From IMG/VR virus record IMGVR_UViG_3300045988_162015: DNA of 64,000 bases. One strand, 5' to 3'. The notes beneath the pieces are model-generated. The model saw only the letters and a program-made list of their open reading frames with translations, was not told the origin of the DNA and did no database searches. Below are positions 8,576-17,379 of this stretch, piece after piece. Numbering within the stretch: position 1 is the first letter of the stretch; every line of letters starts with the position of its first letter. The translations under genes were made by a program, and so were the position numbers. The stretch is from a virus.

Positions 8576-8890
8576 ATGCTTACAAATCCGGGTTTTTATT
8601 TTGCTTGGTTAATTTTGACCATTCTTCCTCTGATGATCGCCGTTGTTGCCCCTGAAACTCGACATGGTAGAGTTGTAGCTGTTCTGATTGCGATTGCTAT
8701 TGGTTTTGGCGTTGCAACTCTATTGTACAAAGAACAAGAAAGCAATCATGACCGCTGGAATAATGGTTATTGTGAATGTGGCGGTCAGTATCAGTTTTCA
8801 AGTGCTACCAACTATCGCGGTTCAAAAGATTATTACTATACTTGCGATGAATGCGGACACACAGAAAGATTTTCTTCAATCATGAAATAA
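8576..8890 (+). CDS. membrane protein with a C-terminal CxxC...CxxC zinc ribbon
   Basis: TAAGGAGTGATACAAATG RBS. Two transmembrane segments followed by CECGG...CDECGH. Confidence 0.5.
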   Translation: MLTNPGFYFAWLILTILPLMIAVVAPETRHGRVVAVLIAIAIGFGVATLLYKEQESNHDRWNNGYCECGGQYQFSSATNYRGSKDYYYTCDECGHTERFSSIMK

Positions 8891-8938
8891 AAAAATGCCG
8901 GTTGGGAAAAAAATTATAAAAAAAATTCCCAACCGGCT

Positions 8939-8967
8939 TGACAAATTAAAAAAAATTTGATATAATA
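8939..8967. promoter_or_regulatory. sigma-70-like promoter (TTGACA, 17 bp spacer, TGaTATAAT)
   Basis: It immediately follows the hairpin GCCGGTTGGGA...TCCCAACCGGC (8897-8938), a possible terminator. Confidence 0.5.
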
Positions 8968-8997
8968 ATAGTACCAAAAGGAAAGGAATTGATAATC

Positions 8998-9408
8998 ATG
9001 ACTGAAATTACAACCTATGAGTGCGACTTCTGCGGGCAGGTGTTCGACGATGAAGAAGAATGTATTCATCACGAATGGAAATGCAGATACGAAGATTTAT
9101 GTAAATCTGAAAATTGCGAACCGTTGAAGCTGTTCGACCTTGAAGGCAAGGAAATTGAGGGATTTAATTATCCTAAATGTGATGAAATTGGAGCGGTAGA
9201 AATTCATTCTTACGCTCAGGCACAATTCATCAATGATTATTTTGATGAAATGGGCTATGAAGTTCCCATTAAAGTTGTCATGGGATTGATTGACTACTAT
9301 GGTCTGTGGTATTATGACCCTGAATACCATTATGGCGAGTGGCGGTCTTATGAAGAAGTTCTTGAAGATATTCAGGAAATCGGAAAGAAATTTAATCAAG
9401 GGGCTTGA
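8998..9408 (+). CDS. zinc-finger protein (137 aa)
   Basis: ECDFCGQVFDDEEECIHHEWKCRY zinc-finger-like motif. AAAGGAAAGGAATTGATAATCATG RBS. Confidence 0.5.
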   Translation: MTEITTYECDFCGQVFDDEEECIHHEWKCRYEDLCKSENCEPLKLFDLEGKEIEGFNYPKCDEIGAVEIHSYAQAQFINDYFDEMGYEVPIKVVMGLIDYYGLWYYDPEYHYGEWRSYEEVLEDIQEIGKKFNQGA

Positions 9409-9433
9409 CAAGCCCCTTGACCTGTGGTATAAT
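9405..9433. promoter_or_regulatory. sigma-70-like promoter with a palindromic -35 region (GGGGCTTGACAAGCCCC)
   Basis: TTGACA, a 17 bp spacer and TGgTATAAT. Confidence 0.5.
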
Positions 9434-9462
9434 TGATTTATCAAAGGAAAGGAAATGATACA

Positions 9463-9738
9463 ATGAATTATCAGGTTATTTTCATGGACAATGAAGGAAC
9501 TGTTCAGGCGGGTATCTGGAATCAGGACAGAGATGAAATTATCTGCGGTTGTTGTGGTGCAACAATCGAATCCGGAGATTTTGTCCTGCTTCATATCTAT
9601 GATGCTTGGCTCAACATCACTGATGAAATCTGTGGGGATGATGGAGATATTCTCCATGAGATTGAAGAAAAGGTCGATAGACTGACTACCTCTGAAATTG
9701 AGGCAATTCTTGATGGAAAGAAGGATTTCAACGAATGA
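9463..9738 (+). CDS. hypothetical Cys-containing protein (91 aa)
   Basis: AAAGGAAAGGAAATGATACAATG RBS. The track ORF begins upstream, inside the promoter. Confidence 0.5.
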   Translation: MNYQVIFMDNEGTVQAGIWNQDRDEIICGCCGATIESGDFVLLHIYDAWLNITDEICGDDGDILHEIEEKVDRLTTSEIEAILDGKKDFNE

Positions 9739-9884
9739 GAGGAAAGAGATTTAACAAGGGCGGTTATACCGCACAAGTTATCCAGTGGGATGATACAGAC
9801 GCCTTGTGGATTTGCCAATACTCTTGGGGCGAATACTTCTATGAAGATGATGAATTTATCAGGGAAAATCTGGTGGAGGATTGA
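9735..9884 (+). CDS. small protein (49 aa)
   Basis: ATGA overlap with the upstream gene. Missed by the track because it is under 60 aa. Confidence 0.35.
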   Translation: MRGKRFNKGGYTAQVIQWDDTDALWICQYSWGEYFYEDDEFIRENLVED

Positions 9885-9886
9885 AA

Positions 9887-10207
9887 ATGGAATTTTTGAT
9901 TGCGGCGATTATTGCTTGGTTTCAGAAAAATGAACTGCCGGTTGTAATTTATGGGGCTGATGGTAGCCCCATTGCCAACTGGAAGATTAAACCAAAGGAT
10001 TGCTATTTTGCAAAGCGGCTGGATGAGGCTGTCCGCGATAGAGATGGATTGTATTGTTATCCATTAAATGCTGATGGTGAATACTGCGGTTGCATTTGCT
10101 GGAAATGGGTGGAAGATGATGATGATTTTGAACAGCCAGAAATTTATGATATTTTGAATATCTGTCAACTTCTGGAAATTGCCTGCGGTTTGGATGAAAA
10201 TTCCTAA
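9887..10207 (+). CDS. hypothetical protein (106 aa)
   Basis: GGTGGAGGATTGAAAATG RBS. Confidence 0.5.
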   Translation: MEFLIAAIIAWFQKNELPVVIYGADGSPIANWKIKPKDCYFAKRLDEAVRDRDGLYCYPLNADGEYCGCICWKWVEDDDDFEQPEIYDILNICQLLEIACGLDENS

Positions 10208-10220
10208 TTCATCAGGGCGG

Positions 10221-10268
10221 TTCATTTGAGCCGCCCGATGTCCTACACACCGGGCGGCATTTTAATTT
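10221..10268. repeat. GC-rich hairpin repeat, copy 4
   Basis: TTCATTTGAGCCGCCCGATGTCCTACACACCGGGCGGCATTTTAA. Confidence 0.5.
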
Positions 10269-10315
10269 TTCAGCATTTTACACAATTTTTTCATGCAAAT
10301 TTTGTGCAATCTGCC

Positions 10316-10344
10316 AATAGACAAGAATCCTGAAATGTGATATA
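10316..10344. promoter_or_regulatory. sigma-70-like promoter (TAGACA, 17 bp spacer, TGaTATACT)
   Basis: Paralogous to the promoter at 7994. Confidence 0.45.
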
Positions 10345-10448
10345 CTCTATAATGTCAAGAGGGAACGGTTAGAGAAAGACCTATTGCTGTTAAGTTAGCA
10401 TCACAGTCTGAAATCCGAAAAAATTTCAAAAATAAATGAAATTCCCTC

Positions 10449-10477
10449 TTGACAATCCCCACCTGATGTGCTATAAT
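10449..10477. promoter_or_regulatory. sigma-70-like promoter (TTGACA, 17 bp spacer, TGcTATAAT)
   Basis: Consensus hexamers. Confidence 0.55.
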
Positions 10478-10527
10478 TAAGTCAACAAGTGAAGGAAACA
10501 CTTAAAAACCAGAAAGGAATTGATACC

Positions 10528-10914
10528 ATGGAAAAGATTAAAGCCCCGACCCGCAAGGAAATGTTCACCCGCGTCTCTGACTTCCTCGCAGAACATGAAG
10601 CAGATACTGCCCTGATTGATTTTGTCAATCACCAGATTGAACTGCTGGACAGCAAGAAGGAAAACAAGAAGCAGGCCAAGGAGCAGGAAGAAAATGCCGC
10701 TTACTCTGATGCAATCTATGAGCAGATGGCATTCGAGCGTAAGTACAGCGTCGCAGAGCTGATGAAGGAGCTTCCGGCTGTCGGCGATTGGAATGCCAAC
10801 CATGAAACCGAACTGTCGGTTCAGAAGCTCGCAAGCCTGTTGAAGCCGCTGGTCGATGGTGGCAAGGTCATTAAGACCACGGAGAAGCGTCGCGTGTTCT
10901 ACACCAAGGCGTGA
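10528..10914 (+). CDS. hypothetical protein, module copy 1 gene A (C-terminus GKVIKTTEKRRVFYTKA)
   Basis: CAGAAAGGAATTGATACCATG RBS. The C-terminal ~60 aa match those of 12809..13186. Confidence 0.55.
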   Translation: MEKIKAPTRKEMFTRVSDFLAEHEADTALIDFVNHQIELLDSKKENKKQAKEQEENAAYSDAIYEQMAFERKYSVAELMKELPAVGDWNANHETELSVQKLASLLKPLVDGGKVIKTTEKRRVFYTKA

Positions 10915-10960
10915 TAAACCATGGGGCGGAGAAATCCGCCCCACTAATTAAGGAGAGCCT

Positions 10961-11359
10961 ATGAGAGAATTGACTGAAAAGGAATGGACGAAAGTCGATA
11001 ATCTTGTTGACAAGCTGGAATGTTCGATTGATGAAGCAGTTGACATTCTGGACGCCGACAAAGCTATTGACCGCAATCAGAAAGTTGATTTTGATTTGAG
11101 TCCAGAAGAACACAAGCAAGCGATGAAACTTGCTAATGTCAAAGAGCATACGGTCAAGAAAAGCAATGTCTACCGCCCGCGTAAGCCTAATGAAATTAAA
11201 GGTGCGATTATCGCCGGTTTGTCAAAATATTTGGCAGAAATGGCAGATTTTGAAGTGATTGAAGAAGAAATCACTAACAAAGAACGCACAATCATGTTCA
11301 CAAGTGGCGGCGAACGGTTTGAATTGACCCTTATCCAGAAAAGAAAGCCAAAAACTTAA
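10961..11359 (+). CDS. hypothetical protein, module copy 1 gene B
   Basis: AAGGAGAGCCTATG RBS. A divergent paralog lies at 13279..13641, with which it shares the (E/R)LTL(I/M)(Q/R)(K/P)RK C-terminus. Confidence 0.5.
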   Translation: MRELTEKEWTKVDNLVDKLECSIDEAVDILDADKAIDRNQKVDFDLSPEEHKQAMKLANVKEHTVKKSNVYRPRKPNEIKGAIIAGLSKYLAEMADFEVIEEEITNKERTIMFTSGGERFELTLIQKRKPKT

Positions 11360-11362
11360 AGA

Positions 11363-11398
11363 AAATGCTGGAAAATGAAAATTTTTCCAGCATTTTTG
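11363..11398 (+). terminator. rho-independent terminator
   Basis: AAATGCTGGAAAA...TTTTCCAGCATTT followed by TTGT. Confidence 0.6.
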
Positions 11399-11447
11399 TA
11401 TAATTTAATGAATTTTTAAGGATTTTTTGTGCATTTTTATCTATTGA

Positions 11448-11492
11448 CATTTGGGCTGCCCGGCCACGACCTAGCCGGGCAGAATTTCCAAT
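11448..11492. repeat. GC-rich hairpin repeat, copy 5
   Basis: GGGCTGCCCGGCCACGACCTAGCCGGGCAGAATTT. Confidence 0.5.
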
Positions 11493-11529
11493 ATTTACCA
11501 GTTTTACCAATTTTTTTACCAAAACCCAG

Positions 11530-11661
11530 CTTCATTTGATTAAAGTGTTAAATCCTTAAAGTGCCGCACTTTACCACATTAAAGTGTTAAAGCGTGCATA
11601 AATATTCATTGAAAATGAATAAATATTCTTCTTGACATTTTGGGCAAGGTGTGATAATATA
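11530..11661. promoter_or_regulatory. operator-like repeats plus a sigma-70 promoter upstream of the exonuclease gene
   Basis: Two copies of TTAAAGTGTTAAA. A palindrome AAAGTGCCGCACTTT. An inverted repeat ATTCATTGAAAATGAAT. The promoter is TTGACA(11632), a 17 bp spacer, then TGaTAATAT. Confidence 0.45.
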
Positions 11662-11722
11662 TAAGAGCAATGAGGGAGCGATGGCAAACCCTGATTGACA
11701 TTATTAAAAGGATGGAATCCCT

Positions 11723-12580
11723 ATGACTAAACTGGATAAGCGTCGAAAGTATTACCTGATTCTGGATTGTGAGACGGCTACTCTGCCGTATGCCGCAAAG
11801 TTTCCCGCAGATATGAAGAAGAATGTAGCAATCGCCAAGCCGCTAATTTATGATTTGGGATGGCAGATTGTGGATATTCGGGGCAAGGTCTATAAGCGTG
11901 CGTCTTATCTCATTTCTGAAATTTTCAGTGTTCCCGCAGTTTTCAATACTGCATATTATGCAAGCAAGCGACCGATTTATCTTGACCGCTTGAAGAATAA
12001 GGAAATTGCCCTTGCTGATTGGAACACGGCTGTCGCAGAACTGATTGAAGATTTGGACGCTGTTGTAGCTGTTGGAGCTTATAACAGTATGTTCGACTTT
12101 AAGAAGGCTATTCCATTTACTGACCTTTATGTCTCCAAGCTGTATTCGCCTGATTTCTTTGAATGGGAATCTTATCAGAATGAACGATGTGAAGCAATCG
12201 CCCACGGAAGTAAGCCCCATTCGCAGAAAGAGTTTGAACCTGATGTTTTCCGCTTCCATGGCAAGGCGTATCCGCTGTTTGACCTGTGGGGCTTGTCTTG
12301 TGAACATCTGTTGAATAATCCCGACTATAAGCAGATGTGTTATGATAATGAGTGGAGAACGGCAAGCGGCAAATATTATCCGACTAATGCGGAAAAGGCA
12401 TTTGCCTATTGTTTCCAGCAGGAAGATTTTGAAGAAGCACATACTGCAATCGAGGACGCAATCATTGAATCCATGCTGTTTGCCCTCATTGGAGAAAAGA
12501 CCAAGCACAAGTTTGAGATGGGTATTGAATATTTCCCCTACAAAAAGTTGGGAAGATTTGACAGTGATTGGGAGCTGTAA
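11723..12580 (+). CDS. DEDDh-family 3'-5' exonuclease (DnaQ-like)
   Basis: Exo I LILDCETAT. Exo II AYNSMFDF. Exo III HTAIEDAIIE. Confidence 0.7.
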   Translation: MTKLDKRRKYYLILDCETATLPYAAKFPADMKKNVAIAKPLIYDLGWQIVDIRGKVYKRASYLISEIFSVPAVFNTAYYASKRPIYLDRLKNKEIALADWNTAVAELIEDLDAVVAVGAYNSMFDFKKAIPFTDLYVSKLYSPDFFEWESYQNERCEAIAHGSKPHSQKEFEPDVFRFHGKAYPLFDLWGLSCEHLLNNPDYKQMCYDNEWRTASGKYYPTNAEKAFAYCFQQEDFEEAHTAIEDAIIESMLFALIGEKTKHKFEMGIEYFPYKKLGRFDSDWEL

Positions 12581-12708
12581 AAGGCTCCCATCCTTCCCAA
12601 AATTTTCATAGCTACGGTATTGAAATTGCCATTTTGACAAATACTTCCAGCGTTTCACGATACTTTATTCAAGTCGAAAAAAAATCGTGGAAAATTCAAA
12701 ATAAGGTA

Positions 12709-12737
12709 TTGACAAATCAATAGGTTTGTGATACAAT
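12709..12737. promoter_or_regulatory. sigma-70-like promoter (TTGACA, 17 bp spacer, TGaTACAAT)
   Basis: Consensus hexamers. Confidence 0.55.
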
Positions 12738-12808
12738 ATAATTGTTCCAAGAGAGGAACACAAAACAAATAAGGGTTGCGACCTACCGCTAGAAAGGAAT
12801 TGATAATT

Positions 12809-13186
12809 ATGGAAAAGAAGATTACCTACGCTCAGGCCCTGCACACTGTCCTTGACAATGAGAACATCGTCCTTGCTTCTGATGTGCGGGAGAAGCTGGA
12901 AGCCCTGCTTTCTTCTGTTTCTAAGAAGTCCGGCGAAAAGAAGGAAACTGCACAGCAGGTGGAGAACGCCACGATGGTGGAGCGGATTTATCAGGAGATG
13001 GAAGCCAACCGCACCTACTCTATCGCCGAACTGATTAAGGAACTGCCGGTTGTAGCTGATTTCAATGCCAAGCATGAGAATGATATGACCACGCAGAGAA
13101 TTGCGAACCTGCTCAGAACCCTTGTGGAGAATGGCAAGGTTATCAAGACCACTGAAAAGCGGCGTGTCTATTACACCAAGGCATAA
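12809..13186 (+). CDS. hypothetical protein, module copy 2 gene A (C-terminus GKVIKTTEKRRVYYTKA)
   Basis: Paralog of 10528..10914. Confidence 0.55.
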   Translation: MEKKITYAQALHTVLDNENIVLASDVREKLEALLSSVSKKSGEKKETAQQVENATMVERIYQEMEANRTYSIAELIKELPVVADFNAKHENDMTTQRIANLLRTLVENGKVIKTTEKRRVYYTKA

Positions 13187-13195
13187 GCGAAAAAG

Positions 13196-13232
13196 AAGTA
13201 AGGGGAGTTTTCTCCCCTTACTTCTCCCAGCT
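13196..13232 (+). terminator. hairpin terminator candidate
   Basis: GAAGTAAGGGGAG-TTTT-CTCCCCTTACTTC. The T-tail is weak. Confidence 0.45.
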
Positions 13233-13278
13233 AATTCCAGATAGCTTCCAGCAAACAAAATTCTAATGGGATGGTAAA

Positions 13279-13641
13279 ATGTCAATGACCGCAGAAAAGT
13301 TGGCAAATTCACTTAAAATCTCTATTGAAGAAGCCAAACAAGTTTTGGAAATGGACAAGCGAATTGATAGGGGCGAAAAGCTGTTTGAGTTGCCGCCGGA
13401 GCTTGAAGCAGGTGCGAAAAAGGCAAGACGTGCTGACCGGAAGAAAGTGGAAAATGTAAAACGGGAACGCAAACCTGATGAAGATAAAAGGGAGCTAATC
13501 CAGTATTTGGAAAGTTCTTTGGAAGATGCCTACCCCGATTTGGATTTGGGTAATATTACCATTACAAATCCAGAACGAGAAATGGAATTTACTTACAATG
13601 GAATTAAATACCGGTTGACCCTGATGCGTCCAAGGAAATAA
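13279..13641 (+). CDS. hypothetical protein, module copy 2 gene B
   Basis: Paralog of 10961..11359. Confidence 0.5.
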   Translation: MSMTAEKLANSLKISIEEAKQVLEMDKRIDRGEKLFELPPELEAGAKKARRADRKKVENVKRERKPDEDKRELIQYLESSLEDAYPDLDLGNITITNPEREMEFTYNGIKYRLTLMRPRK

Positions 13642-13680
13642 TTGGAATGGGAGAAAATTCCATTCCAATTTTTGGAATCA
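13641..13680 (+). terminator. rho-independent terminator
   Basis: ATTGGAATGG...CCATTCCAAT followed by TTTTGG. Confidence 0.55.
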
Positions 13681-13917
13681 TAATTGGAAAATTTTTCCAA
13701 GGAAAATATTGGAACAGATGGTAATTTTAGCCGGTCGTCACTGGAAGTGATGACCGGAATTCTAGAAAAATCTACCATATGGCAATTTTTTGCTCAATCC
13801 AGCGGCCTCTCATATGCCGCATGTTTTTCCCGAAACTTGCAATTTTTAAAAAAATATTTTATAATATATATACAGAATAAAGAGTTCTGTAAATCTTTAT
13901 AAAGAGGTAATATACAT

Positions 13918-14313
13918 ATGTATGATTTTTATGATCGTCTGATGAAGGGTGAATCCGCAGAGGATATTGCCAAGAGCATCACTGATGAACTGAACAAGGC
14001 ACAGGCCAAGAGAACAGAAGAATTGAAGGCTCAGGCCGAAAAGTCCAAGAGAGATCAGACAATGGCAGCGGATGCAGAGGTTATCTGCACTGGCCTGATG
14101 AAGTTTGCAAAGGATTATTATGGCTATGATATTGAGGTCAAGCCGGAAGACCTGATGAAGGTTTTTGATATGGCTGATAAGATTGGCCGTGCCATTGAAG
14201 ACCTTGGTAAGACGGTTGAGAAGCCTGCTGAAAAAGTAAAGGCTAAGGTATACAAGGTCAATGGCTCTGCTGATGAAGTCATTGATAAGTTCCTTGATAT
14301 GATGGGGTGGTAA
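13918..14313 (+). CDS. hypothetical charged/coiled protein (131 aa)
   Basis: AGAGGTAATATACATATG RBS. Confidence 0.5.
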   Translation: MYDFYDRLMKGESAEDIAKSITDELNKAQAKRTEELKAQAEKSKRDQTMAADAEVICTGLMKFAKDYYGYDIEVKPEDLMKVFDMADKIGRAIEDLGKTVEKPAEKVKAKVYKVNGSADEVIDKFLDMMGW

Positions 14314-14342
14314 GGAAAAGGGCATATGCCCTTTTCTTTTTA
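14314..14342 (+). terminator. rho-independent terminator (end of the early region)
   Basis: AAAGGGCATATGCCCTTTT followed by CTTTTT. Confidence 0.6.
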
Positions 14343-14678
14343 GCCTGAAATGGAAATTTTTGGAAAGTCAAATTTGACTTTTATAAAAAAATATGATATA
14401 ATATTAAAAAAAGATATAATTGCATTAGGGTAGAGATTATTTGTTATCGGTCGATATAGCAATAATAGGGGTGCCACTGGTGCAGTAGGGGCACACCCAC
14501 TTCTCAGTTTAGCACTATTTTAATACAATTTAATACAATTTTTTTTAGAATTTTCCACAATCTACATAATATAATTTAATATATCTTATATTATATTTTT
14601 TTACATTATTTCAATATCTTACTTTATATTACATTATTTCTCTTACTAATAAGTAGACTAATACACAATTAGTCTACT

Positions 14679-15311
14679 TTATTTATACCTAAATGGCTAT
14701 AATCTACCAGCTATATTTCCACAAGGTTTATATAATAAAATTAACGCAAACTCTATTGTTTTTAAATCAGTAGATGTTATATTCCTATCACACTATAAGT
14801 CTTCTCCTCTTATAATTGATTTAAATTCAATACTATCTCTCTGCTCATTTAATAATTTATATACATATAAACTATTACTATGATTTTTGATATTTCTTTT
14901 ATGTTCATTCCATCTCTTATTAAAATCAACAGTACTACCTATATAAATTAACTATCCATTTCTATATATACCATATACTCCACCATTACATACCTATGAT
15001 ACATTTCTTTTAGACTATCTTTCAAGTAATTTTCGTCTTTCTTCCTACTATCTTATAACCATAGCATCAAATTCATCTTTGGTTCCAAACCAATTATAAT
15101 ACTTCTATTTATAGGTCCAATAAGGTTTAGTTAATTTTTTCTAATCTTCTAAACATATCTCTTTATAATTATCTGGAACTATCATAGCTATATACTCTCG
15201 ATCTAACCAATCATTATACTTACTAAATGATGATAATGGTTCTAACGTTCTATAGATATTTAACAAATTCTCACGATTCTATAACTTCATATTAAATTCA
15301 TAATTTTTCAT
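14679..15311 (-). CDS. GIY-YIG homing endonuclease (210 aa), with 9 in-frame TAG codons
   Basis: Translated by hand from the minus strand: ...GVYGIYRNGQLIYIGSTVDFNKRWNEHK... carries the GIY-YIG motif. The reading frame is open only if TAG is treated as a sense codon. Confidence 0.6.
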
Positions 15312-15394
15312 TTTGTTTTTTCCTTTCAATTTTCATTTCATTTCTCAAAATATTTCTTTACAGCTACTAAGCCCACACTGCCACAGAGGAAATA

Positions 15395-15690
15395 CCCCGT
15401 TTTGTCCTATTATGGCCCGAATGGGACATAATAGGACAATTATGTTATGTTCGATGTCCTGAATAGGACAAATCGGACAGGACATTTTCTTTCTTCAGCT
15501 TTTGTCGCATTTGTCGCATTTGTCCTAAATTAAATCATTTTGCTAATTTTTTTAGATTTTTATTTAGTTATGTCGCATTTGTCCTATCAGCATTTTAATA
15601 CTTTCATTTAAAAATAGGACAAAACTCATTTGTCCCATTCAAGACAAATGTCTGCTTTTGTCTCATTTGTCGCATTTGTCCTATAAGTTC
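15395..15690. repeat. iteron cluster (TTTGTC[G/C][C/T]A direct and inverted repeats), putative origin of replication
   Basis: At least 12 copies of TTTGTCGCA/TTTGTCCTA/TAGGACAAA. Includes the palindromes TGTCCTGAATAGGACA and TTGTCCTATTATG...CATAATAGGACAA. Confidence 0.55.
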
Positions 15691-16147
15691 CATTTAATAC
15701 CTTCTAGGCCAATTCAAATATCTATGGAGCTTTATATTCTACTCTATCTAATGCTCTAGTGCTAATCTTCTAACCAAAAATTTTAAAATAAGCATCAGCT
15801 GCTTGCTATTTAGTAGGAACTCCATTTTTATCTTTAGTGGCTTTTACTATTGCTTTTTCTATATCTTCTTTATATATTCTCTACTATGCACCACCAGCTG
15901 CTCCTGCTTCTGCCTTCTATTTACTAACTTCTTTAGACTTATCAATAGTAAGTTTCATAGACTATAATAACATCATAATAATTCCATAATCTTTATCATT
16001 CTCATCAGGTTCAATACCATACAATCCATAATTAGTTAATGCACTATATAATTTATATTTTAATTCTACATCTTCATTCTATTCAATAGTTTCTCTCATA
16101 TTAGCCCAGAAGGTAAATTTGTCTTTATTCGGCTTTTCAACTGCCAT
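15626..16147 (-). CDS. replication initiator/replisome-organizer-like protein (N-terminal domain; 173 aa; 9 in-frame TAG)
   Basis: Minus-strand ORF with a GGAGGTAATTATTTATG RBS. The sequence ...LKYKLYSALTNYGLYGIEPDENDKDYG... resembles the N-terminus of Firmicute phage replication proteins. This resemblance is recalled from memory and unverified. The 3' end runs into the iterons. Confidence 0.4.
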
Positions 16148-16153
16148 AAATAA

Positions 16154-16336
16154 TTACCTCCTTTGAGCTTCAACAAAATCCCTCATAAAATCATCATCAA
16201 CCTTAAATATCCAGCAATTATATTCAGGATATTTGGGATTAGGCATAGTCTATATAGGGAAATGACCATTCTCCACCAACTTTTCCATAACAGCTAATGA
16301 ATAAATAATCATATTTTTATTTTGTTCTTTGTTCAT
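16154..16336 (-). CDS. small hypothetical protein (60 aa; 1 in-frame TAG)
   Basis: MNKEQNKNMIIYSLAVMEKLVENGHFPI(Q)TMPNPKYPEYNCWIFKVDDDFMRDFVEAQRR. Coupled to the downstream gene. Confidence 0.4.
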
Positions 16337-16342
16337 TTTGTA

Positions 16343-16495
16343 TTACTTCTCCTTATCCATATATTCTTTAATGGCTTTTCTAATCAATTGCGAAACACTC
16401 ATATCATTTTCTTTGCAGAATTCATCAATACGTGCCTTCTCTTCATCCTTAACACGAGTCGCAATATTATGATAGCCTTCACGTTTACTTGGCAT
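16343..16495 (-). CDS. ribbon-helix-helix (Arc/CopG-like) DNA-binding protein (50 aa)
   Basis: MPSKREGYHNIATRVKDEEKARIDEFCKENDMSVSQLIRKAIKEYMDKEK shows the typical RHH pattern. Below the 60-aa track cutoff. Confidence 0.55.
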   Translation of the reverse strand: MPSKREGYHNIATRVKDEEKARIDEFCKENDMSVSQLIRKAIKEYMDKEK

Positions 16496-16714
16496 ATATA
16501 TATTCTCCTTTTCTTTTATTAATCTACTATATATAAAAATTAAATCAATATCCTTAACCGCGGTGGCCCAAAAAATTTTAAGTAATTTATAACAAGTTTA
16601 ATTGATATAAGTTGAAATAAAAATATACCTATTAGTTTTATAAATAGTGGAAAAATATAAAAATTTTTGATAAAATATATATAAGATAAAAGATAAGAAA
16701 GGAAAATCTCTTAA

Positions 16715-17182
16715 ATGCCAAATTATCGTGAACAGAATGGCGAAGTTGGTAGCTACAACAACCTAAAAGTCTGGGTCCTTAATGGTGAAGAATTCCAAAA
16801 GAGACTACTCACCAAGGGCGGACTTAATGCTACTACCATTTACTGCCTTAAAGAATATGACCCTTATCACAAGCTGCTGCCCGACTGCATGTACGCTTAT
16901 ATGATTAACCCTAATGACCGCGACAACCTCTACTGCCTTGGCACTATGGGCAATTATGGAAAAGTGAATTTCAAGAAAAATATTGCCGCGTGCGAAAAAT
17001 TCTCACTTGCTCCTAAGCCTGTTCCTAAAACCACATTTGAAGTAGATACCACTAACTATGGCGACGCACCTACTCTTACAACCATTGACGCCATTCTTGC
17101 CGATATCCAGAAGTGGAATACAAAGATTGATTATGCAGATTATACTAAAACAGTAGACAAATACTTGGAGGCCCTCGCATGA
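16715..17182 (+). CDS. hypothetical protein (155 aa)
   Basis: AAGAAAGGAAAATCTCTTAAATG RBS. First gene of the plus-strand AT-rich block. Confidence 0.5.
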   Translation: MPNYREQNGEVGSYNNLKVWVLNGEEFQKRLLTKGGLNATTIYCLKEYDPYHKLLPDCMYAYMINPNDRDNLYCLGTMGNYGKVNFKKNIAACEKFSLAPKPVPKTTFEVDTTNYGDAPTLTTIDAILADIQKWNTKIDYADYTKTVDKYLEALA

Positions 17183-17379
17183 CTAACTTCTTCATTTTTG
17201 CCACAAATGATGATAATATGTATTATTACAATTTTGAAGATATTGTTTGTGCAAGATTCTACAAGGATGAATCATACCATATGACTATTACTACTAAATA
17301 CTGTGGTGTTGAAACTTTTAATTTTGATTCTTATGAGGCTTTTGAATTAGCCGTTGAATCATTTAGGAGAGTTAATTAA
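17179..17379 (+). CDS. hypothetical protein (66 aa)
   Basis: ATGA overlap, coupled. Confidence 0.45.
   Translation: MTNFFIFATNDDNMYYYNFEDIVCARFYKDESYHMTITTKYCGVETFNFDSYEAFELAVESFRRVN

Noticed and set aside
15395-15690. CRISPR array
   Set aside because: The repeats are 9-mers (TTTGTCGCA or TTTGTCCTA) with irregular spacing and mixed orientation, with no uniform repeat-spacer periodicity. They are iterons. No cas genes are present.
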